The notes under the pieces were generated by a model. It was not told where the DNA came from and did not search any database. It worked only from the letters and a program-made list of their open reading frames with translations. Source: Eledone cirrhosa (Eukaryota). From it: a stretch of DNA of 64,000 nt. The stretch covers positions 79,050,001-79,114,000 of the forward strand of contig OZ024741.1 in the NCBI GenBank assembly GCA_964016885.1, given 5' to 3'. Positions 13,533 to 26,581 of the stretch are shown in pieces. The translations under genes and the position numbers were made by a program. The number at the start of each line of letters is the position of its first letter. The stretch's first letter is position 1.

Positions 13533-14141
13533 GTGGTGGCTGCCAACTCGTTTTCGAGTACGGCCACTACTTCATATCCATGGAGGAGAACCCCTACTGA
13601 TGCGCTGAACGAGTGTGACTTTTTAGTCCAGCCAGCGACTTGAAAACTCTGGTACAAACATTGCACTTGTGACAATTATTGACACATAGTGCTGGGCCCA
13701 TGGTACCATGTGACGACAAGTGCAGAGAGATCTTCAGATATAAAGCAATGCCTGTGCCGTGAAGCTTTTATAGTGAGCAAAGGCACTGTACAAAGCCAGT
13801 CCCACTCTCTTAACCAATATGATATTTACCAAAAAGAAGAACAAGTCAACATCATTGGATACCGTCAGGGTTGCAGGTGTTATATCAGAGTTTTGCTTCT
13901 CCTAGAATTCTGCCTTGACAAAAGCTAAGGGGTCATCTCTCCCGGTGATTTTGGATGGCCATTGACACTTAAGAGCGCCTTTGCCCTTTGACAGGTTTTG
14001 ATTTTAGTCCTGCAGGATGTCCAAAGTCACCCTCCTCACCAAGAAACCTTGGTGGGGTTGCCAGTTTAGTCGCCAACGACCCGACCATGAGACAGGTTGT
14101 ACTGGGATACATGTTACCAGTAGCACCAACTGGTGACCTGA
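13533..14141 (-). mobile_element. Non-coding retroposon, copy 4
   Basis: Near-identical to 9750-10356. Confidence 0.8.
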
Positions 14142-14176
14142 CATACGTACGTACATACATACAGACATACATACAT

Positions 14177-14700
14177 GATGGCTGCCCCCTCGTTATCGAG
14201 TATGGCCATTGCACGATATAAAATTATTAATTATCAATTAATGCCATCGTGCAATGCCTGCGCGTGAAGATTTTTTTAAAGTGAGGAAAGAATGTGCACT
14301 GAGCCAATCCCATTCTCTGAGCGACAGTAGCTATAACCCGAAAAGAAGAAAAGATCAACATCATCGGTAACTACTGAGCCGCAGGTTTTATGTCGGAGTT
14401 ATCCTAGTTTCCTGAGTTGCCTTCTCCTAGAAGAATGCCCTGGCAAAGGCTAGGGGTCCTTCACTCCCAGTGGTTAACACCTATGATCGGGTACCCAACC
14501 CGACATAGAGTCCCCGTACATATACATATGTATACATGTACATGCATATATACACACACACATATGTATATACATATTTACAACTCTTATGAGTTCTTCC
14601 GCCCTTTATCAGGTTTTGTTTTTTATCCTACAGGGTATCCAAAATAACCCTCCTCATCAAGTAAACTTGGTGGAGTTGCCGGTTTAGTCGCCGACGACCA
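14177..14700 (-). mobile_element. Diverged relative of the retroposon (copy 5), interrupted at about 14470-14580
   Basis: Carries GATGGCTGCCCCCTCGTTATCGAGTATGGCCA, GAGTTGCCTTCTCCTAGAA and GGTTTAGTCGCCGACGACC. Confidence 0.65.
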
Positions 14701-16439
14701 TACATACATACATACATAGATAAATACATACATACATTCATATATACATACATACATTCATATATACATACATACATACTACATGCAGTCAACGCGATCA
14801 GTCGCATATTTTGGCGTGGGAGACTATTTATTAAATTTAAGATGAATACTATCTCCGACAGTAATGCCACAACTACAGTCATGTTGAATAACTTGTTATT
14901 CTTCTAACTATATCTTCTGAAGACACCTTTTATTCGAATTCGTAGAGATATCCTACTAAATACATAATTCATTTTACAAGGATTTGCTACAAACAGCATA
15001 GCTGAACACAACATCAACAACTACATTAAGGAAGTATCGAAGATAAACAACGAGAAAGGTAAACAAAATGTATTCAGTTGTAGCTACAGAAGAAACCGAA
15101 ACTGGAGTTGCGAACATAATGATGCTTTATTTAATTGTTATAAAATTGTTATAAATTGGCTATATTAACAGAATGAAGCTACACTGGGACGAAATGCACC
15201 CAGAGCTAAATTATTTCACAGCGAAACAATTACGCCAACAAGCGACGTTTGTTGAACGTAAAAATAGGATATATATTATTAATTGTAAGTCCCCCACAAC
15301 AAACATGGGATCAACAACACGTGCTACAGGTCGCCATGCTACTAGACTTCCTAGCAACCAGGTCGAACAGTGCCTTGAAACAACTATGCCTGTAAGAAAT
15401 TTGACGCCACCTGTACCATCTAAGTCTACATCGAATGCTGGGGAAAACACTATCGATAATAATAATAATCGAAGAAATAATAATAATAATCGTAGAAATT
15501 TGACACCACGTGTACCATCCGAGTATACTTCTACTATTGTGGAAAATACTATCGATAATGATAATAATCAAAACTATAAACAATTGAAAATTTCCCTCAA
15601 CGAAATCTTCCAGAGAGAAATTAATTCATGTATAAATATCTCTCTTTCTGAACGTATTAAAACGACAATATTTAATAAAAAACCAAATAATGAAATATTA
15701 CATGTTATTGACGAAATAGGGGGTGAATATTTACGACGGATAAAACCCCCCAACATTTTGGCAAATCAACGCCTGTTTATATGCCTTAGCAACGACAGTG
15801 AAGCATTATCTTGGTGATAGCAGAGATATTAACAAGAACAGAACACCACCAAAAATACCATCATATATAACTAAAATAGAAAAAAATATTGCTGACCTAC
15901 GAAAAACCATAGGATATGTGATAATGCTCCTTACATGTAAACAAACACAAAAAACCTCACTCCTCACCAACAAAGATTGAAAAATAAAATAGAGACGTTT
16001 GGTAACTGTAGAACCAGAACTCTTCAATATAAGCTGATCACCCTCAAACAAGATTTGAGAGCTGTTAGCGAAAAACGCCGATACATGAAGAAGTTAGATG
16101 GAAAAAAAGTGCTTAATAAAAGATTCAGACGAAACCAAACATCAGTCTATAGAGATATGAAGGACAAAATAATAAATGTCACTGAGGCCCCATCCCAGAA
16201 AAATTTGGGGTGAAAAGAAGAATTTCAACCAAGATGCAGTATGACTAAAAGAAATCCGAAAGAACTTTTGTTCTTACACTACAACAAAAACATACGAAAT
16301 AAGTGAAGGTACCCTTGAGACTGTGATAGGAACTCCAAGATAAGAAAACACCAGGAAGAGACATGATTGTCTGCTACTGGTACAAAAAAAACTGATATTC
16401 TGTCGGAGGTATCTTAGTGACCTCTACCAACAAGAATGG

Positions 16440-17474
16440 TTGACATTAGCACAGACATTACTTGTCCCCAAGAACAAAGACACCCACTTGGCAAAAGACT
16501 ACCGACCCATTGCATGCCAGAACCTGATGTATAAGATGTATACAGCCTGCCTGAACCTATTCCTCCAAGATCACTGTGAAAATAATAACATCATCACAGA
16601 TAAACAAGCAGCTGGAAAGAAAGGGGTTTGGGGATGTCCTGAACAACTGCTAATCAATAAAACTGCGACGTCGGAGGTGCGACAACTTAGGAGGAATATG
16701 GCTACAATCTGGCTGGACTACAGGAAAGCTTTCGATTCTGTTGCCCACTCCTGGATGATAGAGGCCCTCCAGCTTGCTAAAGTCCCAGACATTATTGTCA
16801 GAGCCATAGAGAAGCTGTCTTCTTCTTGGGCTACTATCCACAGGTTAAAGACAGAGAGGGAGGACTCTATTTTCACTGATAAAATAAAATATCGCAGGGG
16901 TATATTTCAGGGAGACAGTCTCTCTGTGATATTATTCATCCTGTCATTAAACCCCTTGTCCTTTCTGCTCAAGAAATGTGAAGGATACATCATTGGCTCA
17001 CAAGGGGACAGAAATACGAACCTAACCCATAATTTCTTTGTGGATGATCTGAAACTCTATGCCAAGAACATGGATAGGATGAAGAAGAATCTTGAACTGG
17101 TTACAACGTTCTCAAAGAATATAGGAATGGAGTTTGGCCGAGATAAATGCTCATATATGACTGTAAAGCGGGAAAAAACAACAACCCAATCTAGCAACAT
17201 TGTCATCAATGGCCTAACTGTTTCACCGATATCTGAGGAGGACTGCTACAGATACCTGGGGATAGATGAGAACATATCCTATAATGGTATCTGTAATAAG
17301 GAACTCATAACCAGGGAATACTACACCCGAATAAGAAAGATTTGGTCATCAGAACTCTCTGCGCAAAACAAAACAGTGGCTCACAATGTGTTTGCTGTGC
17401 CTGTCCTAACATCAACGTTTGGAATACTCAATTGGGCGATAGACGAAATCCGAGCAGTTAATGTTAGAACTTGA
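16440..17474 (+). pseudogene. RT domain of the R4-like LINE
   Basis: YRPIAC, WLDYRKAFDSV.HSW, GIFQGDSLS, FFVDDLKLY, YRYLG. Confidence 0.92.
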
Positions 17475-17966
17475 AAAATACTAAACAACACCGGAAACTT
17501 CCACATCAACAATGACATAGACCGCCTTTACTTGAAACATAAGCAGGGAGGCAGAGGCCTAACATCAGTCCATACAGCATTTGAATGTCACATCATATCC
17601 CTCCGACAACATCTACGAACCTCGAAGCGTAGGAACCCGTCTCTCGAGCAAGTCTATCTGCATGAAACAGATAAGATCATGAGTGTTGGGAAGGAACTCC
17701 TCGAGAGATATTGCCTGTGTAATAATCAAAAGCTCACACCCAGGGAAATCGCAGTGAATCCATGGATGAAGAATTGCATGCTTATCAGCAAAAAATCATG
17801 CATGGATATGTTGCCAGGAAGCTCCAGAATGAGAGTAATATAGATAAGGAAAGTAGTCTATATTGGACCAACAACCGCTATATTGGCTCCCACTTTGAAG
17901 GATACGCTTTTGCAATCCAAGAACAGGAAATTAACACGAAATACCTGATTCACAAAAGAGATAGGG

Positions 17967-18326
17967 ATGCAGACAAAACACCTAGATGTGCAGACGCTGC
18001 TGATATGGGACAGGGAGAAGAAAGCATGCACATTAGTGGAAATTAGCTGCCCAGCAGATGCCAATATAATATCAAAGATTTGCGAAAACGAGAATATTTA
18101 TGCAGAACTGATGAGAAATCTGCAGATACTCCACCCTGATTACACCTTCAGATTTATGCCTGTGATTATTGGGGCACTGGGATATGTTAGTAACTGCCTC
18201 AATACAAATCTTGGGAAGCTATTCTTCACAGGAACAGAAAGAACACAACTAGTTAGGAAATTACAAGTACAATCCATTAATGGAACAGTAAAAATATGTA
18301 AAACATTCCAAAAATGTTGTATCTAA
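17967..18326 (+). pseudogene. Partial restriction-like endonuclease domain (zinc knuckle and PD motif deleted)
   Basis: LIWDREKK.C.LVEISCP, PVIIGALG. Confidence 0.8.
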
Positions 18327-18539
18327 TAACTGCATATACACATGTACAGATACACATGCACATATACAACTCAAAACATCCACATCCATATCTACACATG
18401 CATACATACATAATCTACCTAGTTGATGTTGTGTAAATTCCAATGAGAGGGTTTTGTGTCTATGTTAGAGACCGACTCTCTCTCTATTGGTAAAGATTTG
18501 TGAAATTATAAAACCAGAAGAACATACATACATAGTAGT

Positions 18540-19330
18540 TGTCTGTTCCTTGCAGATCTTGACCCTCATGTACATATAATTCTTCTTTTCCAGCGTGAGA
18601 TCTTAAACTACATTTGCGCCCTGAAAGGCGCAAATAGTGCAGCAATGTCTCATTTCAACATTGGCTCCAATTTCCGCTTGTTTATTATGAATCTTCAAGA
18701 TTCGCTGGTCTTTTGACAAACATGGCATTGAAATTGGTCATCCGGAATGCAATTCCAATACTTCATGTGTGACTTACCCACAAGAGCACGTTTGTGCGAT
18801 ATCAGACCAGCGTGAAATATGCATACGTTTGTGCCTAAGGAATGCACATACGTTTGTGCCTAAGGAATGCACATATGTTTGTGCATTTCCAAGGCTACTG
18901 CTATTGATTTCATTTATACGAACACCTCATTTCGTTTCAGCATGCTTAATTATGTCACACTCAAAATCTTTAACACCGTTCCAAATTGTTCCTCACCATG
19001 CTTCCCTATCTGCTGCGATTCAAGACTTTTGTAACAAAATGTTTCAAATTTAATTTTAAAGACTCTTTGTATCTTTTCTTTGGTCTACTATTTTTTCTCT
19101 TCCCAGCATAAACTCACCATAAAACATTTGCAGTGTCAGGAAAGAGTGAGGACTAGCTTATTCTGAGACATTTCTGGTGAAATCTTTCCAATATTTCTAC
19201 ATGACGCGTATATAGTGTCCAAGTTTCAGAAGAATACAGCAGTGCAGAAAGAACAACTGAATACCATAATGTTAATGTTAGCTTTGATATGGGGCTGTGA
19301 CCAAAGGGTTTCGCTGCTCTTTGAATGCGA
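18540..19330 (-). mobile_element. Old RTE-clade LINE 3' remnant
   Basis: The minus strand reads GKRKNSRPKKRYKESLK near 19060-19105 and AGLISHKR near 18790, which resemble RTE C-termini. Heavily decayed. Confidence 0.5.
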
Positions 19331-20074
19331 GAAGTGATTTCCGTGTCTAAGTTTCCATCAATTTACAGGTATTTAAAAGTATACAAACGCAGCAAAGAAA
19401 TCACACTAACGCATCTACACACACCAATAAGCTATGAATATATGCCCCCACAGTGTAATATAGAACAAACTTGCAAACTTACGCTCTCACAAGAGCTTGT
19501 CATTTACCCCCGGACACACAAGAAAACTTTGGCCTTCCGACTAGTACCAGTCAACTCTTCACGCTTCGCCAGCCTGTGAAATTTTGAACACAGTAGGAAT
19601 GTGACCCAACATATTTTTTCCGGGTTCCATTATCTTTTCTGATATTTTCTCCATTATAATCTCATTTTTTTTAATTGCCATTTTTTTGTCTGGATTTAAA
19701 TTATGGTATATAGAAGAATAGGAAAAAGAATGTGCAAACGGATATTCAAAATTAGTTAGCCGTCGTCTGCGTGTCATTGTGGCTTCGGATGCTTAGTAGA
19801 GTATCACACTTCCGAGGGAACTAATGGCTTATAAAATTTTGAGCTAATTGTGATAAAATGAATATACTTATACTCTGCTAACGTATTTGATACTTTTTTT
19901 ACTGTAGTTGACTCCCGATTTTCATCGAGACTAAAAAAAACCCACACACACACAGACACATGTACACACACACACACACGTATACACACACACGTACACA
20001 CACACACACGCACGCACACACACACACACGCGCACACACACTCACACACACACAAATGTATATATGTCAAAGTC

Positions 20075-21160
20075 TACAATGCCATGCTACTCAATCGTAT
20101 TCGACCGGAGATAGAAACAATTGGAGGGAAAACCAAAATGGCTCTCCAAGGATTAGATCAACATGCGCCCAGATGCTTAGAGTGCGAAGAGTTAATGAAG
20201 GAATTTGTGCGAGAAACCCGAAAGCAGTCCTACTATTTGTTGAAGTTTCTAAGGCCTTTGTCTCGATTCACAGAAGGAAAATGGAAGAAATACTCCTTGC
20301 ATACTGTATGCCAAAGGAAACTCTCAATGCTATCATGATGGTGTATAGAAATACTCAATGTATAGTTCGTTCTCCAGATGGTGACAGAGATTTTTGACAT
20401 AGTGGCTGGTGCCCTCCAGAGAGACATCTTGGCACCCTACCTATTCATTATATTCTAGATTTTGTTCTACGCATCTCTGTGGATGAAATGAAGGACAAAG
20501 GATTCATTCTTAAACCTGACAGAATGAGGCGTTTACTAAGTGTGACCATCACAGATGCTGACTATGCTGATGAAGTTTGTGATGCAAAATCTCTTTTGAA
20601 TAGCCTTGAAAGTGGTGCCAAAGATGTGTGTCTCTATATCAACAAAGACAAGACATTTTTCAAAGATTTTCCAGATGTGGAGAATCTTTGAAAAATGTCA
20701 ACGAATTCACATACTTTGGAAGTAAAATCGTAAAGATCCGTCCGCAAGTGATGTTCATGTCCGAATAGGCAAAGCTTAGGTAGCTTTAAATAAATTATCA
20801 ACAGTCTGGAAATCTAAGCTTCCATTGAACTTGAAACGTGATTTCTTTCAAGCAGTTGTGCAGTCAGTTCTGTTATATGGATGTACAACATGGACTCTAA
20901 CAAAGCGTCTTAAAAAAAACCGATGCAAACGGAATCTATATAAGAGCTTCGAGCTGCTATGAACATCTGCTGGAGGCAACACCCCACGAAAGAACTTCTC
21001 TATGGAAATTTACCATCAATATCACATGTCAACAGAGAAAGAACAAGATTCACTTTACATTGCTGGAGGGCAAAGGATGAGATCACCAGTGACATTCTTC
21101 TTTGGGAACCGACGCATGGGTATGCAAATGTTGACAGACCACATCGAACCTACATAAGCA
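20075..21160 (+). mobile_element. Decayed RTE-clade LINE RT fragment
   Basis: LLNRIRPEIE, RENQNG, SKAF.SIHR, VRSPDGD, ADYAD and W.PTHG..N..RP across frames. Confidence 0.8.
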
Positions 21161-21308
21161 ACTGTACGAGAATTATAAGTGCGCCCGAGAAATCTGGAGA
21201 GAACGAATCATGGCGACCCGTGCAATAAGCATGCCCGGATGACGGGTTTCATTCGGAGTTTCATACGAGATGATTTAAATTTTCTCAACCATCTACCAGA
21301 TAATTGTT

Positions 21309-21490
21309 TCTACTTTAGGCACAAGGCCACCAATTACCCAGTGCATTACTGGTACTTTATTTTATCGACCCCGTAAGGATGAAAGGCAAAGTCAACCTCG
21401 GCGGGATTTGAACTCAGATCGTAAAGGGACGTAACTATGCTGGAAAGCATGGCGTCCGACCCTCTACCGATACTGCCAATCCACCGCCCT
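21309..21490 (-). mobile_element. tRNA-derived SINE (octopus-like)
   Basis: B-box-like GAGTTCAAATCCC followed by GACTTTGCCTTTCATCCTTACGGGGTCGATAAA. Paralogue at 33522-33680. Confidence 0.8.
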
Positions 21491-21676
21491 GATAATATAA
21501 GCCAAAAGACTTCCACGATCTCATTGGATGCTTTAAGCATATATATATATAACAAAGTTTAATATAGTAATGGCTTATACAGGACTAAAATTGTTTCACT
21601 CGAAGGAAAAAATCACGAAATGCCCGGGACTCTCACACACACACATGCGCACGCACGCACGCACGCACGCACACAC

Positions 21677-21753
<77 letters not shown>

Positions 21754-21761
21754 TATATATA

Positions 21762-21910
21762 TAAAGTTAGTTCCACAACATTTAGCAAACCATCTTCGAG
21801 GACACGTGCTTCACCTTGCGGACTGTGGATTTTCAGCTCGACTTGAAGATCCACAAGGTGAAACACGTTTCCTCAAGGATGGTTTGCTAACTGTTGTCGA
21901 ACTAACTTTA
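21762..21910. repeat. Imperfect fold-back containing two decayed hammerhead motifs
   Basis: TAAAGTTAGTTCCACAACA...CACCTT pairs with AAGGTG...TGTTGTCGAACTAACTTTA. Confidence 0.8.
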
Positions 21911-21974
21911 CCCCGAACTCGTCCTATAGACTAAGTGCTCAACTTACTACGGATATCACCTCCCAGTCTTCTAC

Positions 21975-22034
<60 letters not shown>

Positions 22035-22329
22035 AAGTATTATGTGCGTTCGATAGTGTATATGTGTCGCAAGTGTGTGATATATTTGCTAAATAGAAGC
22101 AGTAATAACAATTAGAACTTAGTGAAAATATAAATTGTCTGGTTACCCACGCACACGTTAGTTTATGTAAGCATTACACGAACATGGTGTAAAGTATGCT
22201 ACAGGACTATACACACTCTGAAGATGCCAAACAATACAATCTCCATAAAGTGATGGAGCAACTCACTGATTTACTATAACCATACGAAAACTGCGTATCT
22301 GCTAAAGAAGTAGACTCATCTCACTAATT

Positions 22330-23800
22330 TTAGATGTAAAAAGTATAATCTCGATGGTTTGCCGAAAGTACATAAACATAAATTAATTAATGTGACCTGC
22401 AAAATGGCGAAGACTAATTGCGTTAATATATCTATACCAAATGACTTAACACTAACACATATTATAGCAGCCCCAATTTGTGAAACATACCATCTTAGCA
22501 ATTTCTTGAAACCTCTCCTCAAACACATTCGAAGTTTCATACGAGATGTTTCAGATTTTCTCAACCATCTACCAGATTATGTAAGCCAAAAGACTTACAT
22601 GGTTTCATTGGATGTTGTGAGTCTATACAGTAACATTCCACACGATTACAGAATCGAAGCCAACAAATACTGGCTAGACTCATTCCCTTATGAACTACCA
22701 GACCGCTTCATGTTTAAATATCCTAATAGCAAAAAGAACATTAGGAACTGACATATATTTCAAACCTACTGACTCCTGACAATATTTCCTCATCTATTAC
22801 AAATGTGTATCAACATCCCCCTTAACTTAGCCAAGTGAATCTGTACAATAGTCTCAAACCCAACAATTAGAAACCATAGACTAGAAGAGATGAAACAAAA
22901 ACTTATCAAGAGAAAATTTCCTCCGAATTTAATCAACAATACTATCCAAACAGTGTCAAATCAATATCCAAACACTCCGAGAAGCAAAAACAAAACAAGA
23001 AAAAAGGTTATATAATACACTTCAACTTCCAATCCAAAGAACACACACATACAACTAAACTTACCTTCCTTATTAAAGGACAAGAAAATGGAAAACATGT
23101 TTCAAAAACACCCAATCATAAAAAGTAAACAACAACGAAAATCACTAAAAATGTACTAACAAATGTAAAACTGTAAACCGTTACTAAAGAACAGGAAGTG
23201 AAAATGTGCAATCAATCTCACTGCAGAGTATGCAACTATCTGTTAGAAGACAATGAATTTAATTTCAAAGACGTCCCATCTTTAAAATTAAAAGTAACTT
23301 CTCTTGTAAATCAGAGAATCTTATATACATTATAACATTAAAGGACGCCACGAATATTATATTGCACAAACAGGCTTTTCAATCCAAAGACGAATGACAG
23401 TTCATCGTCAATCAGGGATCCCCAAACCAGAATGATCCTTCTAAACCAACATATAGAGGAATGTGGAGCACGAATTTGGCCAAATTTTGATGTCTTACCA
23501 TTCTACCAGTGTAATGAAAATTTCACCCGGGAAAAATGTATTAATTAGTTAAGATTTTTCATAAGTAAATTCCAACTAAAAATCAATATTTTTTACACTC
23601 TTAAAGCAATTTTTTTTAATTAAAAAACCCCCCTGTAGTGAACCATATTCTCCACGATATAAGCGACAAAGATAAAACCAGTTGCGTCCATTGTGGTCAA
23701 TAAGAACACAAGCTACTAGACTATATAGAAAATCCTTTTGAAAAGGCTGTAAACTCAGCTAAAACCGGTAAAAGTAAACAAAAATATAATTTAAAAAATC
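22330..23800 (+). mobile_element. Penelope-like element, decayed (RT + GIY-YIG)
   Basis: GLPKVHK, SFIRD..DFL, SLDVVSLYSNIPH (22359..22751). CKSENLIYII..EYYIAQTG near 23300-23375. Decayed hammerhead at 23734-23774. Confidence 0.85.
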
Positions 23801-23878
23801 AACAAATTACTTGGAAGATGAATGTAGAGACCTAAATAACCAAAAGATCAGTCGTTGCATTTTCCAAACCCCTATTTT

Positions 23879-23945
<67 letters not shown>

Positions 23946-24166
23946 TTAAAAGTATCATCTTCCTGTCTTCCTTCGGTTGTAACGTTTTTCGAAATATTTA
24001 CTTTTGCGTTCACAGATTGATTTTTTTTAGTTTCAGAAGATCCCGTTAGGGGTGAAAGCAGCGATTCTTTGCTTAAAATTTAATCTGTTATTTTAATAAA
24101 TATTTGCTCTATATATTTATTCTTATCGAGCCATCTTTGGATTTTAGTTTTCAAATTTATTATTAC

Positions 24167-24208
<42 letters not shown>

Positions 24209-24425
24209 GTTTTTCCGTTTCGGGCCTGTTCGTCTAATCAATACTTCTATTTCTTCTTTAATTTCTCATTCTATCTTCTGACGAAGGAATAGCGTTCGAA
24301 ACCGTAAAACTATTTTTTCTACTATATTAAGCGTAAAGCTATTAATATATCTCTTCATTGTACTGTGTCGTTTGCCCTGTCATTTCTGTTTGCCGGATGA
24401 CTGGAACAGGTAAAAGAGTAAAAAA

Positions 24426-24662
<237 letters not shown>

Positions 24663-24760
24663 ATTTTCGGCTCTGTTTGATAACATTGAGCTATATCTTA
24701 TACTGTCATTTCTCTAATATGACGAGTGTGTTTAACTCTAATGCACTCAAGTATTTTTAT

Positions 24761-24797
<37 letters not shown>

Positions 24798-25016
24798 ATA
24801 AATTAACGGAGGCATAGGCCCTCGCTATTCCCTGTAAATAATGTTCTCAAAGGAGAAGAAATCCTGAGCTCTTTAAAATACAATATGTTGAAAGTGCGTT
24901 ATCAATAATACAGGGAAAAAAACCACCAGTGTATGGAATCTATAACCTATGAAAGGCAGACTATAGACACGATAATTAAAATATAAATTAAAGCGTAAAT
25001 AAATACCTCTATAACT

Positions 25017-25457
25017 ATATAACACACGCACAAATCCAAAGATATTAATCCAAAGATATGTTTCACCAGTAATTTGTTGAAAGAAATGGGTTAGCCTCGG
25101 TTCTTCAGCATGTGTAAGGCTATACATTTCAGACAACGCTAAGAGAATTTTAAAAGTGACTGGCCAGCTACACGTGGGAGAGAGAAGTCACGGCGTGTTT
25201 AAGGGCAGTGAACCAGTGGCCTCTCAGGGACGAACTTTCTAGCAGTTCGTCCATCAGAGGCTACTGGTTCACTGCCCTTAAACACGCTGTGACTTCTCTC
25301 TCCCACGTGTAGCTGGCCAGTCACTTTTAAAATTCTCTTAGTGTTGTCTGAAATGTATAGTCTTACACACGCTGATGAACCGAGGCTAACCCATTTCTTT
25401 CAACAAATTACTGGTGAAACATATCTTTGGATTAATATCTTTGGATTTGTACGTGTG

Positions 25458-25464
<7 letters not shown>
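25017..25464. repeat. Fold-back with ~208-bp arms, a hammerhead in each arm
   Basis: 25017-25224 is the reverse complement of 25256-25464 with a few mismatches. Central hairpin GGACGAACT/AGTTCGTCC. Confidence 0.93.
25365..25458 (+). ncRNA. Type I hammerhead ribozyme motif (intact core)
   Basis: Stem I ACACACG/CGTGTGT, core CTGATGA, stem II ACC../..GGT, GAAA, stem III ACA.ATC/GAT.TGT, cleavage triplet GTA at 25449-25451. Confidence 0.75.
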
Positions 25465-25511
<47 letters not shown>

Positions 25512-25516
<5 letters not shown>

Positions 25517-26002
25517 TAAACGGAATAGAAAATGCTGACAAATTGTTCACAGTTGAAAAATGGTTTAATTAGGAATAAAAGAGTATTAGTAATTGTATGG
25601 GTTAGTATTCAGTTGTGGCTTTAAGTTTTTAAGTTTTTACCGGTTGCGCATTTCTAAATGCTTTTCAAAAATAATTTTGAGATAGAGTGTCCGTGTTGTT
25701 TGCTCTGATCTGATTAGTTTTGGGAATTCTACCTGTTTTTATGTTTAAAAAGTGGCTCCAGCGCTACTTTGGTGTTGCAAAAATTCTTGTGGTCAAAACA
25801 ATTTTGATTGGTCGGTAGAGGTCATGTGAATGTAAAAAATTGATTTTGCGCCAAGACTGTTTTTTATGTTAAAAACTTGGTGTTTGCAAAAATTCTTGTG
25901 GTCAAAACAATTTTGATTGGTTGGTCATGTGAATAAAAAATTGATTTTGCGCCAAGACTGAGAAATGACTCTTTCACAACAAATATATGTGTGTGTGTGT
26001 GT

Positions 26003-26035
<33 letters not shown>

Positions 26036-26093
26036 AGGTGTTCGATGTTGTGATAATGGTTAGCAGGGATGTGTGTCAAATGGCTATTAAGAT

Positions 26094-26183
<90 letters not shown>

Positions 26184-26524
26184 CAGAGTAATTCGTGGTA
26201 GCAGGGATGGTCAGTAGGAATGTGTCTGTAAGCAGTGGGGGGTATTTTAGCATGTCAAAAGATGTTTTTCAGCTTTTGTCTTATACGGAGAAGTGTGTGT
26301 GTGTGTGTGTGTATAAGTCTCTTTGTATGTTAATGTACGCGTGTGTATGTGTGTGTGTGTATATATGTGTGTGTGTGTGTGTGAGAATATGTGTGTGTGT
26401 GTGTGGGTGGACCAGTATTGTTTTCCCCCTGGTAAAATGGTGTACATTATTCGATTTTTTCAGTAAAATCGGTTCTCTTAATAGAACATCAAAAATCTTA
26501 ACAATAAAAGGTGTGAAATGATAT

Positions 26525-26581
<57 letters not shown>

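Larger units (their letters stand above)
14780..18533 (+). mobile_element. R4/Dong-like RLE-type LINE in (CATA)n, near full length, decayed
   Basis: N-terminal GY.NRMK.HW..QLRQQA, an RT domain and a C-terminal restriction-like endonuclease. Ends in CATACATACATA. Confidence 0.88.

Noticed and set aside
22217-22300. CTGAAGA...CGAAAAC hammerhead candidate
   Set aside because: I could not form stems I-III.
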